Assembly (NCBI GenBank): GCA_902521315.1
Contig: CABYRH010000002.1
Span: forward strand, 20,076-84,075
DNA length: 64,000 nucleotides
Reading direction: 5' to 3'
Source of the DNA: an uncultured Alphaproteobacteria bacterium
GTDB taxonomy: Bacteria; Pseudomonadota; Alphaproteobacteria; HIMB59; GCA-002718135
Shown: positions 51,776 through 61,988 of the stretch, in pieces
How the letters are laid out: the number at the start of each line of letters is the position of its first letter
How positions within the stretch are numbered: the stretch's first letter is position 1
The notes under the pieces: generated by a model
What the model saw: the letters and a program-made list of their open reading frames with translations, nothing else
Databases searched by the model: none
Told to the model about the DNA's origin: nothing
Translations under genes and position numbers: made by a program

Positions 51776-52747
51776 TTAATATTTAAGCAATAATTCAATT
51801 AAATTCTTAAAATCTTCAGGAATTTCAATATCAAATTTCATCCTTTTTTTTGATGAAGGATGATCAAAACCTAGATGATATGCATGTAATGCTTGTCTTT
51901 CAAAATTTTTTAAAATCATAAATTTATTAAATGTATTTTTATCTTTTCCAAATTGATTAATTTTACTTTTTCCATAAATCTTATCACCAATGATTGGAGA
52001 ATTTTTAGAAGTTAGATGAAGTCTAATCTGATGCGTTCTTCCAGTATGTAAATGGCAGTCAACTAAACTAGCAATACCAAAAGTTTTTTCTAATTTAATA
52101 TCGGTTTTAGAATATTTTCCAAAACCCTTATTATTTAAACTCATTTTTTTTCTATTTTTTTTATTTCTTTCTATATACCCTTCAATTGATTGAGTATCAG
52201 GAATTCCCCAAACTATTGCTTTATATCTACGAGATATCGTATGTTCTTTGAATTGTTTGGCTAAATTAATATGAACATTATTATTTTTTGCAACAACAAG
52301 AATTCCACTTGTATCTTTATCTAAACGATGGACTATTCCTGGTCTAGCATTATCATCTAAATTACTTAGTTGATTATTAGTGTAATGCATAAGAGCATTC
52401 ACAAGAGTGCCGCTTTCATTTCCAGGAGCTGGATGCATTACTAAATTTGGAGGTTTATTTATAATAATTAAATCTTCATCTTCAAAAATAATGTTTAAGT
52501 CTATATTTTCAGGTGAATGCTTTATTTCTTGTTTCAAGATAATATTTATAAAGTAATTTTCATTTTCTTTAGTTATGTAAGATGGATCTTTTATTTCCTT
52601 TTCATCAAGACTTACATTGCCATTTAATATTAAAGTTTTTATTTGTGTTCTTGAATATCCTTCCAATCTTGAAACGAGCACTTTATCTAATCTTTGTGAA
52701 CTTAATTGTTTATTTATAGTTAATTTAAGATTATAGAATTCGTTCAT
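51776..52747 (-). CDS. rluD: 23S rRNA pseudouridine synthase, RluD/RluA family
   Basis: 323 aa. N-terminal S4 domain (QRLDKVL), catalytic HRLDKDTSGILVVAK, and TGRTHQIRLHL. Confidence 0.88.
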   Translation of the reverse strand: MNEFYNLKLTINKQLSSQRLDKVLVSRLEGYSRTQIKTLILNGNVSLDEKEIKDPSYITKENENYFINIILKQEIKHSPENIDLNIIFEDEDLIIINKPPNLVMHPAPGNESGTLVNALMHYTNNQLSNLDDNARPGIVHRLDKDTSGILVVAKNNNVHINLAKQFKEHTISRRYKAIVWGIPDTQSIEGYIERNKKNRKKMSLNNKGFGKYSKTDIKLEKTFGIASLVDCHLHTGRTHQIRLHLTSKNSPIIGDKIYGKSKINQFGKDKNTFNKFMILKNFERQALHAYHLGFDHPSSKKRMKFDIEIPEDFKNLIELLLKY

Positions 52748-53039
52748 GTCTCAAAAAATTCTTAAATTTATTGTAATATTTTTAGGTATGTTAATTGTTA
52801 TTTGTTTTTTAGCTCTTGTTTATGGTTTGTATATAAAAACAACAAAAAAACAAAGTAATTTAGAAACAAATTTAATTGATTATAATTTAAATTTAGAAAA
52901 AGGGCATAAAATTACAGATATAGATATGATTGATAATAATAGGATTTTGTTTACAATAAAAAGTAATGATAAAGTTTATGCTTTAATATATTATATAGAA
53001 ACATCAAATATTACAAAAATAGATACATCTAATGAATAA
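52746..53039 (+). CDS. small membrane-anchored hypothetical protein
   Basis: 97 aa with one N-terminal TM helix (FIVIFLGMLIVICFLALVYGLYI). 8-nt overlap with xseB. Its ATG interlocks with the rluD ATG (CATG). No family recognised. Confidence 0.45.
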   Translation: MSQKILKFIVIFLGMLIVICFLALVYGLYIKTTKKQSNLETNLIDYNLNLEKGHKITDIDMIDNNRILFTIKSNDKVYALIYYIETSNITKIDTSNE

Positions 53040-53250
53040 AGATAATAATTTTGAAAATAATTTAAAAAAACTTGAGTCTATTGTAGAGAAATTAGAAAAT
53101 GGTGAAGTTGATTTAGAAGAATCTGTAAAACTTTACGAAGAAGGAATGAATTTAAAAAAAGCATGCGAGGAAAAATTAAAAAGTATTGAAAGCCAAATTA
53201 AAAAAATTAAGCAAGAAAACAATAAAGTCACGAAAGAAGATTTTAAGTAA
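53032..53250 (+). CDS. xseB: exodeoxyribonuclease VII small subunit
   Basis: 72 aa. FENNLKKLESIVEKLENGEVDLEESVKLYEEGMNLKKACEEKL is the XseB consensus. Confidence 0.9.
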   Translation: MNKDNNFENNLKKLESIVEKLENGEVDLEESVKLYEEGMNLKKACEEKLKSIESQIKKIKQENNKVTKEDFK

Positions 53251-53259
53251 TTTTTAAAT

Positions 53260-54009
53260 TTGAGTAAAAATCTAAAAATAAGACTTGATCAGCTTTTAGT
53301 GGATAGAAACTTAGCTGATACTAAATCAAAAGCCCAATCTATGATTATGGCCGGCCAAGTTTATGTAAACGATAAAATTATTACCAAAAGTGGTAACAGT
53401 TTTAATGAAAAATCAAAAATAAAAATTAAACAACTTCATCCTCCATGGGTATCAAGAGGTGCATTCAAATTATTAAAAGCGATTAATCATTTTAAGATTG
53501 ATATTGAAAATAAAATTTGTCTAGATATTGGTTCATCAACTGGTGGATTCACAGAAGTTCTTTTAAAAAAAAATGCTAAAAAAATATATTCTATTGATGT
53601 TGGTACAAATCAACTTCATGAAAAATTAAAAAAAGAAAAAAAAATTATTAGTATAGAAAATTTTAATGCTAAATATTTAGATAACTCAATAATTCATGAA
53701 AAAATTAATTTAGTAGTCTGTGATGTTAGTTTCATTAGTCTAATAAAGGTTATAGAACCTAGCTTGAAGCTTTTATCAAGTAAAGCTGAGATTATTTCAC
53801 TAATTAAGCCGCAATTTGAAACTAATAAAATAAATTTGAAAAAAGGTATTGTGAAAGATCCATTGATTCATGAACAAGTATGTAATGATATATCTAATTG
53901 GTTTAAAAAAACAATTAAGGCTGAAGTTGTAGGTTTAGTCGAAAGTCCAATAACTGGACCAAAAGGAAATAAAGAATTTTTGATTTATAGTATTTTAAAG
54001 AAATCTTAA
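53260..54009 (+). CDS. tlyA: TlyA family rRNA 2'-O-methyltransferase (hemolysin A-like)
   Basis: 249 aa with a TTG start. S4 domain ([30 protein letters not shown]), [12 protein letters not shown] motif [11 protein letters not shown], and DVSFISL. Confidence 0.88.
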   Translation: MSKNLKIRLDQLLVDRNLADTKSKAQSMIMAGQVYVNDKIITKSGNSFNEKSKIKIKQLHPPWVSRGAFKLLKAINHFKIDIENKICLDIGSSTGGFTEVLLKKNAKKIYSIDVGTNQLHEKLKKEKKIISIENFNAKYLDNSIIHEKINLVVCDVSFISLIKVIEPSLKLLSSKAEIISLIKPQFETNKINLKKGIVKDPLIHEQVCNDISNWFKKTIKAEVVGLVESPITGPKGNKEFLIYSILKKS

Positions 54010-55065
54010 ACAATGATCAGCTATAGTTGTGGCAACCATTGCTTCACCAACAGGAACAGCTCTTATACCAACACATGGATCATGACGACCTTTAGTAGAT
54101 ATCGTTGTTTCTTTTAATTTTGTATTAATTGTTTTTTTTGGTGATAATATTGAGCTTGTAGGTTTTACTACAAATCTAGTAATTAATTCTTGGCCCGTTG
54201 TAATACCCCCAAGAACCCCACCATTATTATTTGAAAGAAAAAAAGGTTTTTTATTTTTTATTCTCATTTCATCAACATTAGAAATTCCAGTTTCATAAAC
54301 ACTGCTAAATCCATTTCCCATTTCTACTCCCTTAACAGCATTAATAGACATCAATGCCTTAGCAATATCAGAGTCTATTTTTTCATAAATAGGTTCTCCT
54401 AATCCAGCTGGCAAACCTTTTACTCTAATTTCAATTATTGCACCTAAAGAGGAACCAGATTTTCTTGCAGTTTGTATTTCGTTTTCCCATATTTTAATAA
54501 TTTCTTTATCAGGACTCCAAAAATTATTTTTTGGAATAAAATTATTATTCCAATTATTATAATTAATTTTATGATTTCCTATTTGAATTAATGCACCTGT
54601 TATTAAAACTTGATTTTTAATTTTATTTTTTATGATTTTTCTTGCTATTGCCCCTGCTGCTACTCTCATCGCAGTTTCTCTAGCACTAGATCTACCACCA
54701 CCCCTATAATCTCTTATGCCATATTTTTTCCAATATGTATAATCTGCATGACCTGGTCTAAATTTACTTTTGATATCACCATAATCTTTTGATCTCTGAT
54801 CTTGATTGTAGATAATTAGAGAAATAGGATGACCTGTTGTTTTTCCCTCAAAAGTTCCAGATAGTATTTCAACTTTATCCTCTTCTTTTCTTTGAGTTGT
54901 AAATTTTGACTGGCCAGGTTTTCTTTTATCTAAATAGGGTTGGATATCTTTTTCAGTTAAATTTATGTTTGATGGAACTCCATCGACAACACAACCAATA
55001 GCTTTGCCATGGCTTTCTCCCCATGTAGTAAAATTAAAGATTTTTCCTATTGAATTAGAAGTCAT
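53995..55065 (-). CDS. aroC: chorismate synthase
   Basis: 356 aa. [29 protein letters not shown], and RHDPCV. Confidence 0.95.
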   Translation of the reverse strand: MTSNSIGKIFNFTTWGESHGKAIGCVVDGVPSNINLTEKDIQPYLDKRKPGQSKFTTQRKEEDKVEILSGTFEGKTTGHPISLIIYNQDQRSKDYGDIKSKFRPGHADYTYWKKYGIRDYRGGGRSSARETAMRVAAGAIARKIIKNKIKNQVLITGALIQIGNHKINYNNWNNNFIPKNNFWSPDKEIIKIWENEIQTARKSGSSLGAIIEIRVKGLPAGLGEPIYEKIDSDIAKALMSINAVKGVEMGNGFSSVYETGISNVDEMRIKNKKPFFLSNNNGGVLGGITTGQELITRFVVKPTSSILSPKKTINTKLKETTISTKGRHDPCVGIRAVPVGEAMVATTIADHCLRFL

Positions 55066-55889
55066 TTTTTAGAATTTGTAAATTCACCTAACAATTCTGA
55101 TACACTTTCACTCTCATCAACTGCAACCATTCCTACAGTATGATAACCACAATCGACATGTTGTATCTCACCAGTAACGGCACTGCCAAGATCACTTAAG
55201 AGATACAAAGCAGAATTTCCAACATCTTGCTGATTTACATTTCTTTTAAGTGGAGCATTAAGCTCATTCCATTTTAGAATAAATCTAAAATCACCTATTC
55301 CTGATGCTGCCAAAGTTTTAATTGGCCCAGCACTAATAGCATTAACTCTTATATTTTTTTCTCCTAAATCAACTGCTAAATATCTAACACTTGCCTCTAA
55401 AGCTGCTTTTGCAACTCCCATAACATTATAATGAGGCATAACTTGTTCTGATCCATAATATGTTAGAGTTAAAATTGATCCACCATTATTCATTAAAGGT
55501 TCTGCTAGCCTACAAGCCTCTGTAAAAGAATAACATGATATATGCATAGTTTGTTTAAAATTATCAGAAGATGTATTGTAATATTTACCTCTTAATTCAT
55601 CTTTGTTGGAAAAACCTATTCCATGAACAAGAAAATCTAATTCACCCCATTTATTTTTAAGTATTTCAAAAACATTATTCATACTTTGTGAGTCTGAAAC
55701 ATCACAAGGAATAATAGTGTTAGAACCTATTTCTTCTGCAAGTGGCTGAACTCTTTTCTTAAGAGCTTCTCCTTGATAAGTAAGTGCAATTTCTGCTCCC
55801 TGTTCTGCTAATTTTTTTGCAATACCCCAGGCAATAGATCTGTCATTTGCCACTCCCATAATCAGACCTTTTTTATTTTGCATTAACAT
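55062..55889 (-). CDS. fabI: enoyl-[acyl-carrier-protein] reductase (NADH), FabI
   Basis: [19 protein letters not shown] start region, an SDR fold, and [10 protein letters not shown] with the catalytic Tyr/Lys. The track ORF extends to 56033 through an implausible Y/I-rich leader that would overlap pdxH. ATG at 55889 or 55883 is the likely start. Confidence 0.9.
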   Translation of the reverse strand: MLMQNKKGLIMGVANDRSIAWGIAKKLAEQGAEIALTYQGEALKKRVQPLAEEIGSNTIIPCDVSDSQSMNNVFEILKNKWGELDFLVHGIGFSNKDELRGKYYNTSSDNFKQTMHISCYSFTEACRLAEPLMNNGGSILTLTYYGSEQVMPHYNVMGVAKAALEASVRYLAVDLGEKNIRVNAISAGPIKTLAASGIGDFRFILKWNELNAPLKRNVNQQDVGNSALYLLSDLGSAVTGEIQHVDCGYHTVGMVAVDESESVSELLGEFTNSKK

Positions 55890-55957
55890 ATTGTAAATCA
55901 GTGTTTTTTTATAAATATAATTATATATACTTATAAAATAATATTCATATCTATAAT

Positions 55958-56563
55958 ATGCAATCAAATCAAAAATTAATAAATTCTGATAAAAAACCAA
56001 TTGAACTTTTTCAAGAATGGTTTGAAGAGGCAAAGAAAAGTGAAATCAATGATCCAAATGCTATGAACCTTGCTACTATATCTTCTGATGGCAAACCCAG
56101 CTCGCGAATTGTTTTACTTAAATCATATGATGATAAAGGGTTTGTTTTTTACACAAATTCAAATAGCAAAAAAGGTAGAGCAATTAAAAACAACGACAGT
56201 GTAGCTTTAAATTTTCATTGGAAAACACTTCAAAGACAAATAAGAATAGAAGGTAATGTTTCACAAATTTCAAACGCTGAAGCTGATGCATATTATAATT
56301 CAAGGCCACTAGGAAGTAGAATAGGAGCTTGGGCTTCATTACAGTCAGAAGAACTAGATGATAGATCGACATTAACTAAAAGAGTAGAAGAATTTGAAAA
56401 AAAATTTTCAGATAATGATGTACCAAGACCTTCATATTGGAATGGTTACATAGTAACACCTATATTAATTGAATTTTGGCAAGATATGCCATTTAGATTG
56501 CATGATAGACTTGAATTTAGAATGGAAAATGATGGTTGGGTTACAAGAAAATTATATCCCTAA
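55958..56563 (+). CDS. pdxH: pyridoxamine 5'-phosphate oxidase
   Basis: 201 aa. PSSRIVLLK, FVFYTNSNSKKG, QIRIEG, YWNGY, IEFWQ, and RLHDR. Confidence 0.93.
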   Translation: MQSNQKLINSDKKPIELFQEWFEEAKKSEINDPNAMNLATISSDGKPSSRIVLLKSYDDKGFVFYTNSNSKKGRAIKNNDSVALNFHWKTLQRQIRIEGNVSQISNAEADAYYNSRPLGSRIGAWASLQSEELDDRSTLTKRVEEFEKKFSDNDVPRPSYWNGYIVTPILIEFWQDMPFRLHDRLEFRMENDGWVTRKLYP

Positions 56564-56994
56564 TTATCTTCTTTCCATTTTTGTAAAATCCACGAACTAG
56601 AATTTGATTTATTGTCACCACCTATACCCCAAAGTAGCTGTATATTGTTTTTTTCACAGAATATTGATTCTGGTGTTGTACTATTATTTCTATCACCTCC
56701 ATTTGCAAATTTAATAATTGATTTTGGATATTTATTTTTTACTTTTTTAAGACCATCGATGCACGTCTTATCTCCGTCATCAAATTCTATAACATCAATA
56801 ACATTTTTTAACTCATTCATAATTATAGTTCTTTCAATAAAAGGAAGAAATTCCTTACCCTTCTTTTTTTGAAGCCATAAATCAGAATTTAGCAAAACTA
56901 CAACTTCACCATGTCTAGCAGCTTCTTTAATTAATTTTATATGACCACTGTGAATTGGGTCAAAACCTCCACTGACAACAACTATTTCACGCAT
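56560..56994 (-). CDS. cytidylyl/adenylyltransferase-family small nucleotidyltransferase (RfaE domain II / TagD-like)
   Basis: 144 aa. VVSGGFDPIHSGHI (HxGH nucleotidyltransferase motif) and LNSD. 8-nt overlap with pyrE. Substrate not inferable. Confidence 0.65.
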   Translation of the reverse strand: MREIVVVSGGFDPIHSGHIKLIKEAARHGEVVVLLNSDLWLQKKKGKEFLPFIERTIIMNELKNVIDVIEFDDGDKTCIDGLKKVKNKYPKSIIKFANGGDRNNSTTPESIFCEKNNIQLLWGIGGDNKSNSSSWILQKWKEDN

Positions 56995-57622
56995 ACTTGC
57001 TTCTCCATTTTTCTGGATCTTCTAAAAATTCTTTTAAATTTGAAACCTTATCTTCAGAATATATTTTTTCACTTTCAATATAATTTATTACATCTTTCCA
57101 AGTACACAGTGAGTGCATATTTACATTTAATTTAAATAATTCTGATTCATTGAAATTAAAAATATCATAATAAAATATTACAAATATATCTTTAACTTTT
57201 AATCCAGCTTCACGCATTGCGTTAATAAAAATTATTTTACTACCTCCATCAGTAGCTAGATCTTCAACTAAAAGAGCTTTTTGATTTTTTTCAAATTCAC
57301 CTTCAATTTGTTTGTTTTTTCCAAAACCTTTTGTTTTTTTTCTAATATAAATCATTTGTTTATTTAATTTTTGAGAAATAAAAGCAGCATAGGGAATTCC
57401 AGCGGTCTCTCCACCAGCAATAATTTCTGTCTCAATATTATTTTTAGTTAAATAATCTATGGCTTTATCAATTATAAAATTTCTTTCTTTTGTAAAAGAA
57501 ATAATTTTTCTACAATCAACATAAACAGGACTAGCCAAGCCTGATGTAAGAGTAAAATATTTATCAAATGAAAAGTTAATAGACTTTATATCTACTAATA
57601 TTTTAGCTATCTCTTTAGACAT
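56987..57622 (-). CDS. pyrE: orotate phosphoribosyltransferase
   Basis: 211 aa. PRPP-binding loop ALLVEDLATDGGS and FTLTSGLASPVYVDCR. Confidence 0.88.
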   Translation of the reverse strand: MSKEIAKILVDIKSINFSFDKYFTLTSGLASPVYVDCRKIISFTKERNFIIDKAIDYLTKNNIETEIIAGGETAGIPYAAFISQKLNKQMIYIRKKTKGFGKNKQIEGEFEKNQKALLVEDLATDGGSKIIFINAMREAGLKVKDIFVIFYYDIFNFNESELFKLNVNMHSLCTWKDVINYIESEKIYSEDKVSNLKEFLEDPEKWRSKYA

Positions 57623-57626
57623 TTTT

Positions 57627-58100
57627 TTAAGTTATTTGAGCAATATGTTCAAATGATAAATTTCCAGGGACAATCATTATTGGTATTCTTAGGTTTGTTA
57701 TTTCATTACTCACCAGAGAAGTTATTATTGGACCAGGGTTTTTACTATTTGGATCAGTATTGGCAGCTAAAACAAGAACATTAATATTTTTTTCCTCATC
57801 TAATAATTGTTTTAATTCAGATATAGTATCCCCCTCTCTTAAAGATAGAGCAGGGTAGTCACCTGTTCTTTCTTGGACAAATGAGGCAGCTTTTTTAAGA
57901 ATCGTTTCTGCTTCTTCTCTAGCTTCCTCTTTCATAATGTCTGTAACACCCTTGGTTGTTAGAACATCCAAAGGCTCTATGAATGTTGCAATTATAATTT
58001 TTCTTCCCGTTTTTTTTGATCTTGCGCAAGCATATTCAAGAGCTGTATTCATTTCTTCTGAATTATCTGCAACAACTAAGATATATCTATCATCACTCAT
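57627..58100 (-). CDS. universal stress protein (UspA) family protein
   Basis: 157 aa. ILVVADNSEE...ALEYA N-terminus and VLVLAA....GPIITSLV...IPIMIVPG C-terminal pattern of USP domains. Confidence 0.7.
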   Translation of the reverse strand: MSDDRYILVVADNSEEMNTALEYACARSKKTGRKIIIATFIEPLDVLTTKGVTDIMKEEAREEAETILKKAASFVQERTGDYPALSLREGDTISELKQLLDEEKNINVLVLAANTDPNSKNPGPIITSLVSNEITNLRIPIMIVPGNLSFEHIAQIT

Positions 58101-58861
58101 TTACTTCTCCTAAATAAAGCAGCAGCAACAAAACCTGAAAATATTGAAAAGATAATTACAAAAACTCCGTATGTAGCTGCATTTTCATTAGCAAAGTCAA
58201 ATATTTGACTTCCTATACCAGTTTTTTTTATAACTATATTTTTTTGATCAGTACTCATAATTGTATTATTTCTTATATAGTAAATATCAACATTATAAAT
58301 CCCTGGTATTGTATTTGTTGGAAAAAAAATACTAGTTTGAAATAATTTATCTTTGACCTTTTTCATTTCAAAACTTTTATAAAATGATTGTTCTTTTTTT
58401 ATTCTAACAAAATTTTCATTCCAATTTTTTTGGTCATTTTTGAAAATAAAATTTTGATTAAAAGTCTTATTATTTAAAATTTTTTCAAAACTAAGATCTT
58501 CATTAATTAATATTGATTCAGGCAAAATTTCGTTAATTTCTTTTGATGAGGATAAAAAGAATAAAGATGGAATGTTACTATAGGTAACGTATTGATTATT
58601 TATCCATATTCCAAAATATCTCTCTTTTTTTTGTATTCTCATTTTTGACGGTGGACCTTTTATTGTCAAAAGCGTCTCATGATCATCTTTTAGTAATCCA
58701 AAAATAATAATTTCTTTTCCATTAAAATCTGTTTTTAATTCAATACTATCCTCAGATAAGTCAAAGTAAATTTCTTCAGCATGAAGAAAGTTATAAAAAA
58801 AAACTATAGTTAATAAAATTGTTAGAATAAATGCAAACTTTATATATAAATTTTTAATCAT
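58097..58861 (-). CDS. TIGR02186 (Alph_Pro_TM) family membrane protein
   Basis: 254 aa. Signal peptide, DLSEDSIELKTDFNGKEIIIFG block, and a C-terminal TM helix ending AAALFRR. This matches my recollection of the family, which is normally adjacent to a TauE/SafE permease. Confidence 0.65.
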   Translation of the reverse strand: MIKNLYIKFAFILTILLTIVFFYNFLHAEEIYFDLSEDSIELKTDFNGKEIIIFGLLKDDHETLLTIKGPPSKMRIQKKERYFGIWINNQYVTYSNIPSLFFLSSSKEINEILPESILINEDLSFEKILNNKTFNQNFIFKNDQKNWNENFVRIKKEQSFYKSFEMKKVKDKLFQTSIFFPTNTIPGIYNVDIYYIRNNTIMSTDQKNIVIKKTGIGSQIFDFANENAATYGVFVIIFSIFSGFVAAALFRRSK

Positions 58862-59261
58862 CTATTTTTGTCACTTCTAAAATATAAAATTCTAAATAAA
58901 ATCCAATTAATGCAAAAATTGATACTAATAAAAAAGATGCTTTCTCAATCAATATATCAACCACTAATATATCTTTTTGCATAAGCATATAAATTGGAAC
59001 TACAGTAGATAAAATAATAATACTTAGTTTCGCAAATGATTCATTAAATAATATGTCTTTAAATATTTTATTAAGATCTTTTTTAATAAATACTCTGAAA
59101 TTTGACCAAATATATATTTTGTTAAATGAATTTATGACAATTATTAGAATTAAAAAATATTCAATATTCTTTAGATTAATATCAAAAGTTGTAAAAATAA
59201 AATATATGAAGAGACAAACTACAACCAATAAATTAATTGAAAAATTAAATATTGATATCAT
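58854..59261 (-). CDS. hypothetical integral membrane protein
   Basis: 135 aa with about 4 predicted TM segments. 4-nt overlap with the TauE-like gene and 8-nt overlap with the TIGR02186 gene. No family recognised. Confidence 0.45.
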   Translation of the reverse strand: MISIFNFSINLLVVVCLFIYFIFTTFDINLKNIEYFLILIIVINSFNKIYIWSNFRVFIKKDLNKIFKDILFNESFAKLSIIILSTVVPIYMLMQKDILVVDILIEKASFLLVSIFALIGFYLEFYILEVTKIDD

Positions 59262-60172
59262 ATCATTACCAATGAAAATAAATCATTTGGCCTTAAAACT
59301 AGATCTGTAAAAATTTTACCACAGACACCCAGTACTAATATAGCCAAAATACCTCTCAAATATTCTGCTTTTAATTTAGAGCCAAAAATTACACCTATTT
59401 GTGCACCAATTACTCCTCCAAATATCATTAGTGCAGATAGCACAATATCTACATTGTAATTTATGTAGGATTGAAAGAATGTTGCATTAGCGGTAACAAA
59501 AATGATTTGAAATAAAGATGTCCCAACTACTATACTTGTTGGCATTCCAAGTATGTATACCATTGCAGGTATCATTATAAATCCTCCTCCAACTCCCATC
59601 ATTGCGGACATTACCCCAACTGCGAAACCTATCAGTACAGGTGGTATCGCACTTATATAAAGTTTTGATCTATGAAAGCGAACTTTGAATGGAAGCCCGT
59701 GAAACCAAGAATGTTGATGCAGTTTTGTTCTTTCAGTATTTCTTGCTCTATAGTGTTTTATTGTAGTTCTTGCGCTTTCAAAAGCCATACTAAAACCAAT
59801 AAAACCTAAAAAGAAAAGAAATAATAACTGAATAACTAAATCTATTTGCCCAAAGTTTTTTAGATAACTGAAAATATTTACACCAAGTGTGGAGCCAATT
59901 AAACCTCCTATTAAAAGGAATATACCCATCTTTATATCAACGTTTCTTTTTCTCCAGTGAGCAATAAAACCTGAAACTGAAGTTGCTAAAACGTGTGGAG
60001 CTTCAGAACCAACAGCTACAACTGGAGGTATGCCTAAAAAAATTAATAGTGGTGTCATTAAAAATCCACCACCAACTCCAAAAATTCCTGAAAGTATACC
60101 TATACTCATACCAATAAAGATAATAAGAAAAATATTGACATTCATTTCAGCTATTGGAAGGTAAATTGACAT
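59258..60172 (-). CDS. TauE/SafE family anion exporter-like permease
   Basis: 304 aa. Duplicated 4-TM repeats with GVGGGFLMTPLL and GVGGGFIMIPAMVYILG motifs typical of PF01925. Confidence 0.8.
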   Translation of the reverse strand: MSIYLPIAEMNVNIFLIIFIGMSIGILSGIFGVGGGFLMTPLLIFLGIPPVVAVGSEAPHVLATSVSGFIAHWRKRNVDIKMGIFLLIGGLIGSTLGVNIFSYLKNFGQIDLVIQLLFLFFLGFIGFSMAFESARTTIKHYRARNTERTKLHQHSWFHGLPFKVRFHRSKLYISAIPPVLIGFAVGVMSAMMGVGGGFIMIPAMVYILGMPTSIVVGTSLFQIIFVTANATFFQSYINYNVDIVLSALMIFGGVIGAQIGVIFGSKLKAEYLRGILAILVLGVCGKIFTDLVLRPNDLFSLVMI

Positions 60173-60235
60173 ATTTTTTTATGAATTTTATATAATTATT
60201 ACTTAATAAGTACAAATTATATTTATTTTAGAAAA

Positions 60236-61330
60236 TTATATAAAATTATTTAATACTATGATTCCGATATAACTTACAATTCCAACACAACAAGCTGCAG
60301 AAAAACCAACATAAAATGGTCTTATGCCTAAGCTTTTTAAAGAAACTAAATTTGTACTTATGCCAACAGCTGCCATTGCTATTGCTAAAGAATACTCAGC
60401 AATAGATTTAATAATATTGATGATTAATTGCCAGTTATTATTGGTTAATATTTCAAAAGCTAAATTACTATTTTGAATTCCATAATCTCCAATTGATCTT
60501 ATTAGACCCATAAGAATGAAACCAATTATGAAAATTGGAAACATAGATATTATTGATGGTTTGCTATTATTTTCACCAATATTATTTCTTAGATACATAT
60601 AACTTATTGTAGGAATGACGATTATCATACTGACATTTCTTACTAATTTTGTAATCGTTGCTATATCCATAGTTTTTGGTGAATTGAATTGTTCCGCATA
60701 TATCAATCCGGCACCAGCAACTTGAGCTGTTTCATGTATTGAAGTTCCAAGAAATAACCCTGATGCTAACTCATCTCCACTGAAAAGATAATATGCCATA
60801 AAGGGATAGAGGAACATTGCAATTATTCCAAATATTGTAATATTAGCTATGGCATAAGCAACTTCCTCTTTATCAGCATTAATTGCAGGACTAGTTGCCA
60901 CAATTGCAGATGCTCCACAAATACTTGTTCCAACTGCAATTAATGATCCCATTTTTGAAGAAACATTTAATAACTTGCATAAATAATTTACAACCAAGAT
61001 TGATATAATAATACAAGCAACAATTAGAGGTATTCCAACTATTCCAACTTTAAAAATATCTAAAAGCCCTAGTCTAATACCAAGACATATTATTCCTAAT
61101 CTTAGAATAAATTTTAAAGAAAACTTAATTCCTTCTAATAAAAAATTATTAATATGAAATATATTTCCTATCAAAAGACCAAATACTATTGATAGCATTA
61201 TTGGTGATATTGGACTTTTATTTAAATTTAAAATTTCTTTTCCAATAAAATCACTTAGGTATATGCCTGAATAAGCAATTACAAAACAAAATATAATTCC
61301 TGGAAATATTTTATATATTGAGCTTACCAT
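60236..61330 (-). CDS. YeiH/UPF0324 family putative sulfate exporter membrane protein
   Basis: 364 aa and polytopic. GTSICGASAIVA and LGTSIHETAQVAGAG motifs as in the YeiH family. Confidence 0.75.
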   Translation of the reverse strand: MVSSIYKIFPGIIFCFVIAYSGIYLSDFIGKEILNLNKSPISPIMLSIVFGLLIGNIFHINNFLLEGIKFSLKFILRLGIICLGIRLGLLDIFKVGIVGIPLIVACIIISILVVNYLCKLLNVSSKMGSLIAVGTSICGASAIVATSPAINADKEEVAYAIANITIFGIIAMFLYPFMAYYLFSGDELASGLFLGTSIHETAQVAGAGLIYAEQFNSPKTMDIATITKLVRNVSMIIVIPTISYMYLRNNIGENNSKPSIISMFPIFIIGFILMGLIRSIGDYGIQNSNLAFEILTNNNWQLIINIIKSIAEYSLAIAMAAVGISTNLVSLKSLGIRPFYVGFSAACCVGIVSYIGIIVLNNFI

Positions 61331-61382
61331 TTAAAATATTCTTTATACAAAAAAAAATATTTTTTACATATTTATATCAAAT

Positions 61383-61988
61383 TTAGATATTTTTTTTTGC
61401 AGTATTCCATTCTTCTTGAGTATTAACATTGAAAAAATTTTTTTCTTGGCTTTTGTCGAATTCAACAAATTTATATTTATGCTTTTTAACCCAAAACATA
61501 ATTTTACTATTTTTTAATATTAACTCATTTTCTAAACTAGTTATTAACGATATATGCCACATTGCTATTACAGGATGATGTCTACTATTTGATCTTGCAA
61601 TCAATATTTTTACATTTTCATCATATGCCTCTAAAAACTTATCGAAAAGATTATCGGGTAAAAATGGAGTATCACTTGGAACAGTAAAAACCCATTCTTT
61701 GTTTGTGTAATTTTCTTTAGCCCACAACATTGATGTGTGAATTCCTGCTAAAGGTCCCATAAAACCTTTAAATCTATCTTCAATTATTGGGTAATTAATT
61801 TTCTTAAAACTTTTTAAGTCATTAGCATTTATTATTATTTCATTACTATATTTTTTAAGCTTGTTTATTATTTTATCTAAGATTGTAATTCCATTTATTT
61901 TAGCAAAGGCTTTAAATCCACCTCCAAATCTTTTTGATTGACCTCCAGCTAGTATGGCAAACAAAATTTTTTTTTTATTTATTGTCAA
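61383..61988 (-). CDS. mobA: molybdenum cofactor guanylyltransferase MobA
   Basis: 201 aa. ILAGGQSKRFGG, GPLAGI, and PSDTPFLP motifs. Confidence 0.85.
   Translation of the reverse strand: MTINKKKILFAILAGGQSKRFGGGFKAFAKINGITILDKIINKLKKYSNEIIINANDLKSFKKINYPIIEDRFKGFMGPLAGIHTSMLWAKENYTNKEWVFTVPSDTPFLPDNLFDKFLEAYDENVKILIARSNSRHHPVIAMWHISLITSLENELILKNSKIMFWVKKHKYKFVEFDKSQEKNFFNVNTQEEWNTAKKNI

Noticed and set aside
55890-56033. 48-aa leader on the fabI ORF that would overlap the pdxH start.
   Set aside because: The leader (YYRYEYYFISIYNYIYKK...) looks like translated AT-rich promoter DNA. FabI homologues begin near MxxLKGKKGLIxG, which matches the ATG at 55889 or 55883.
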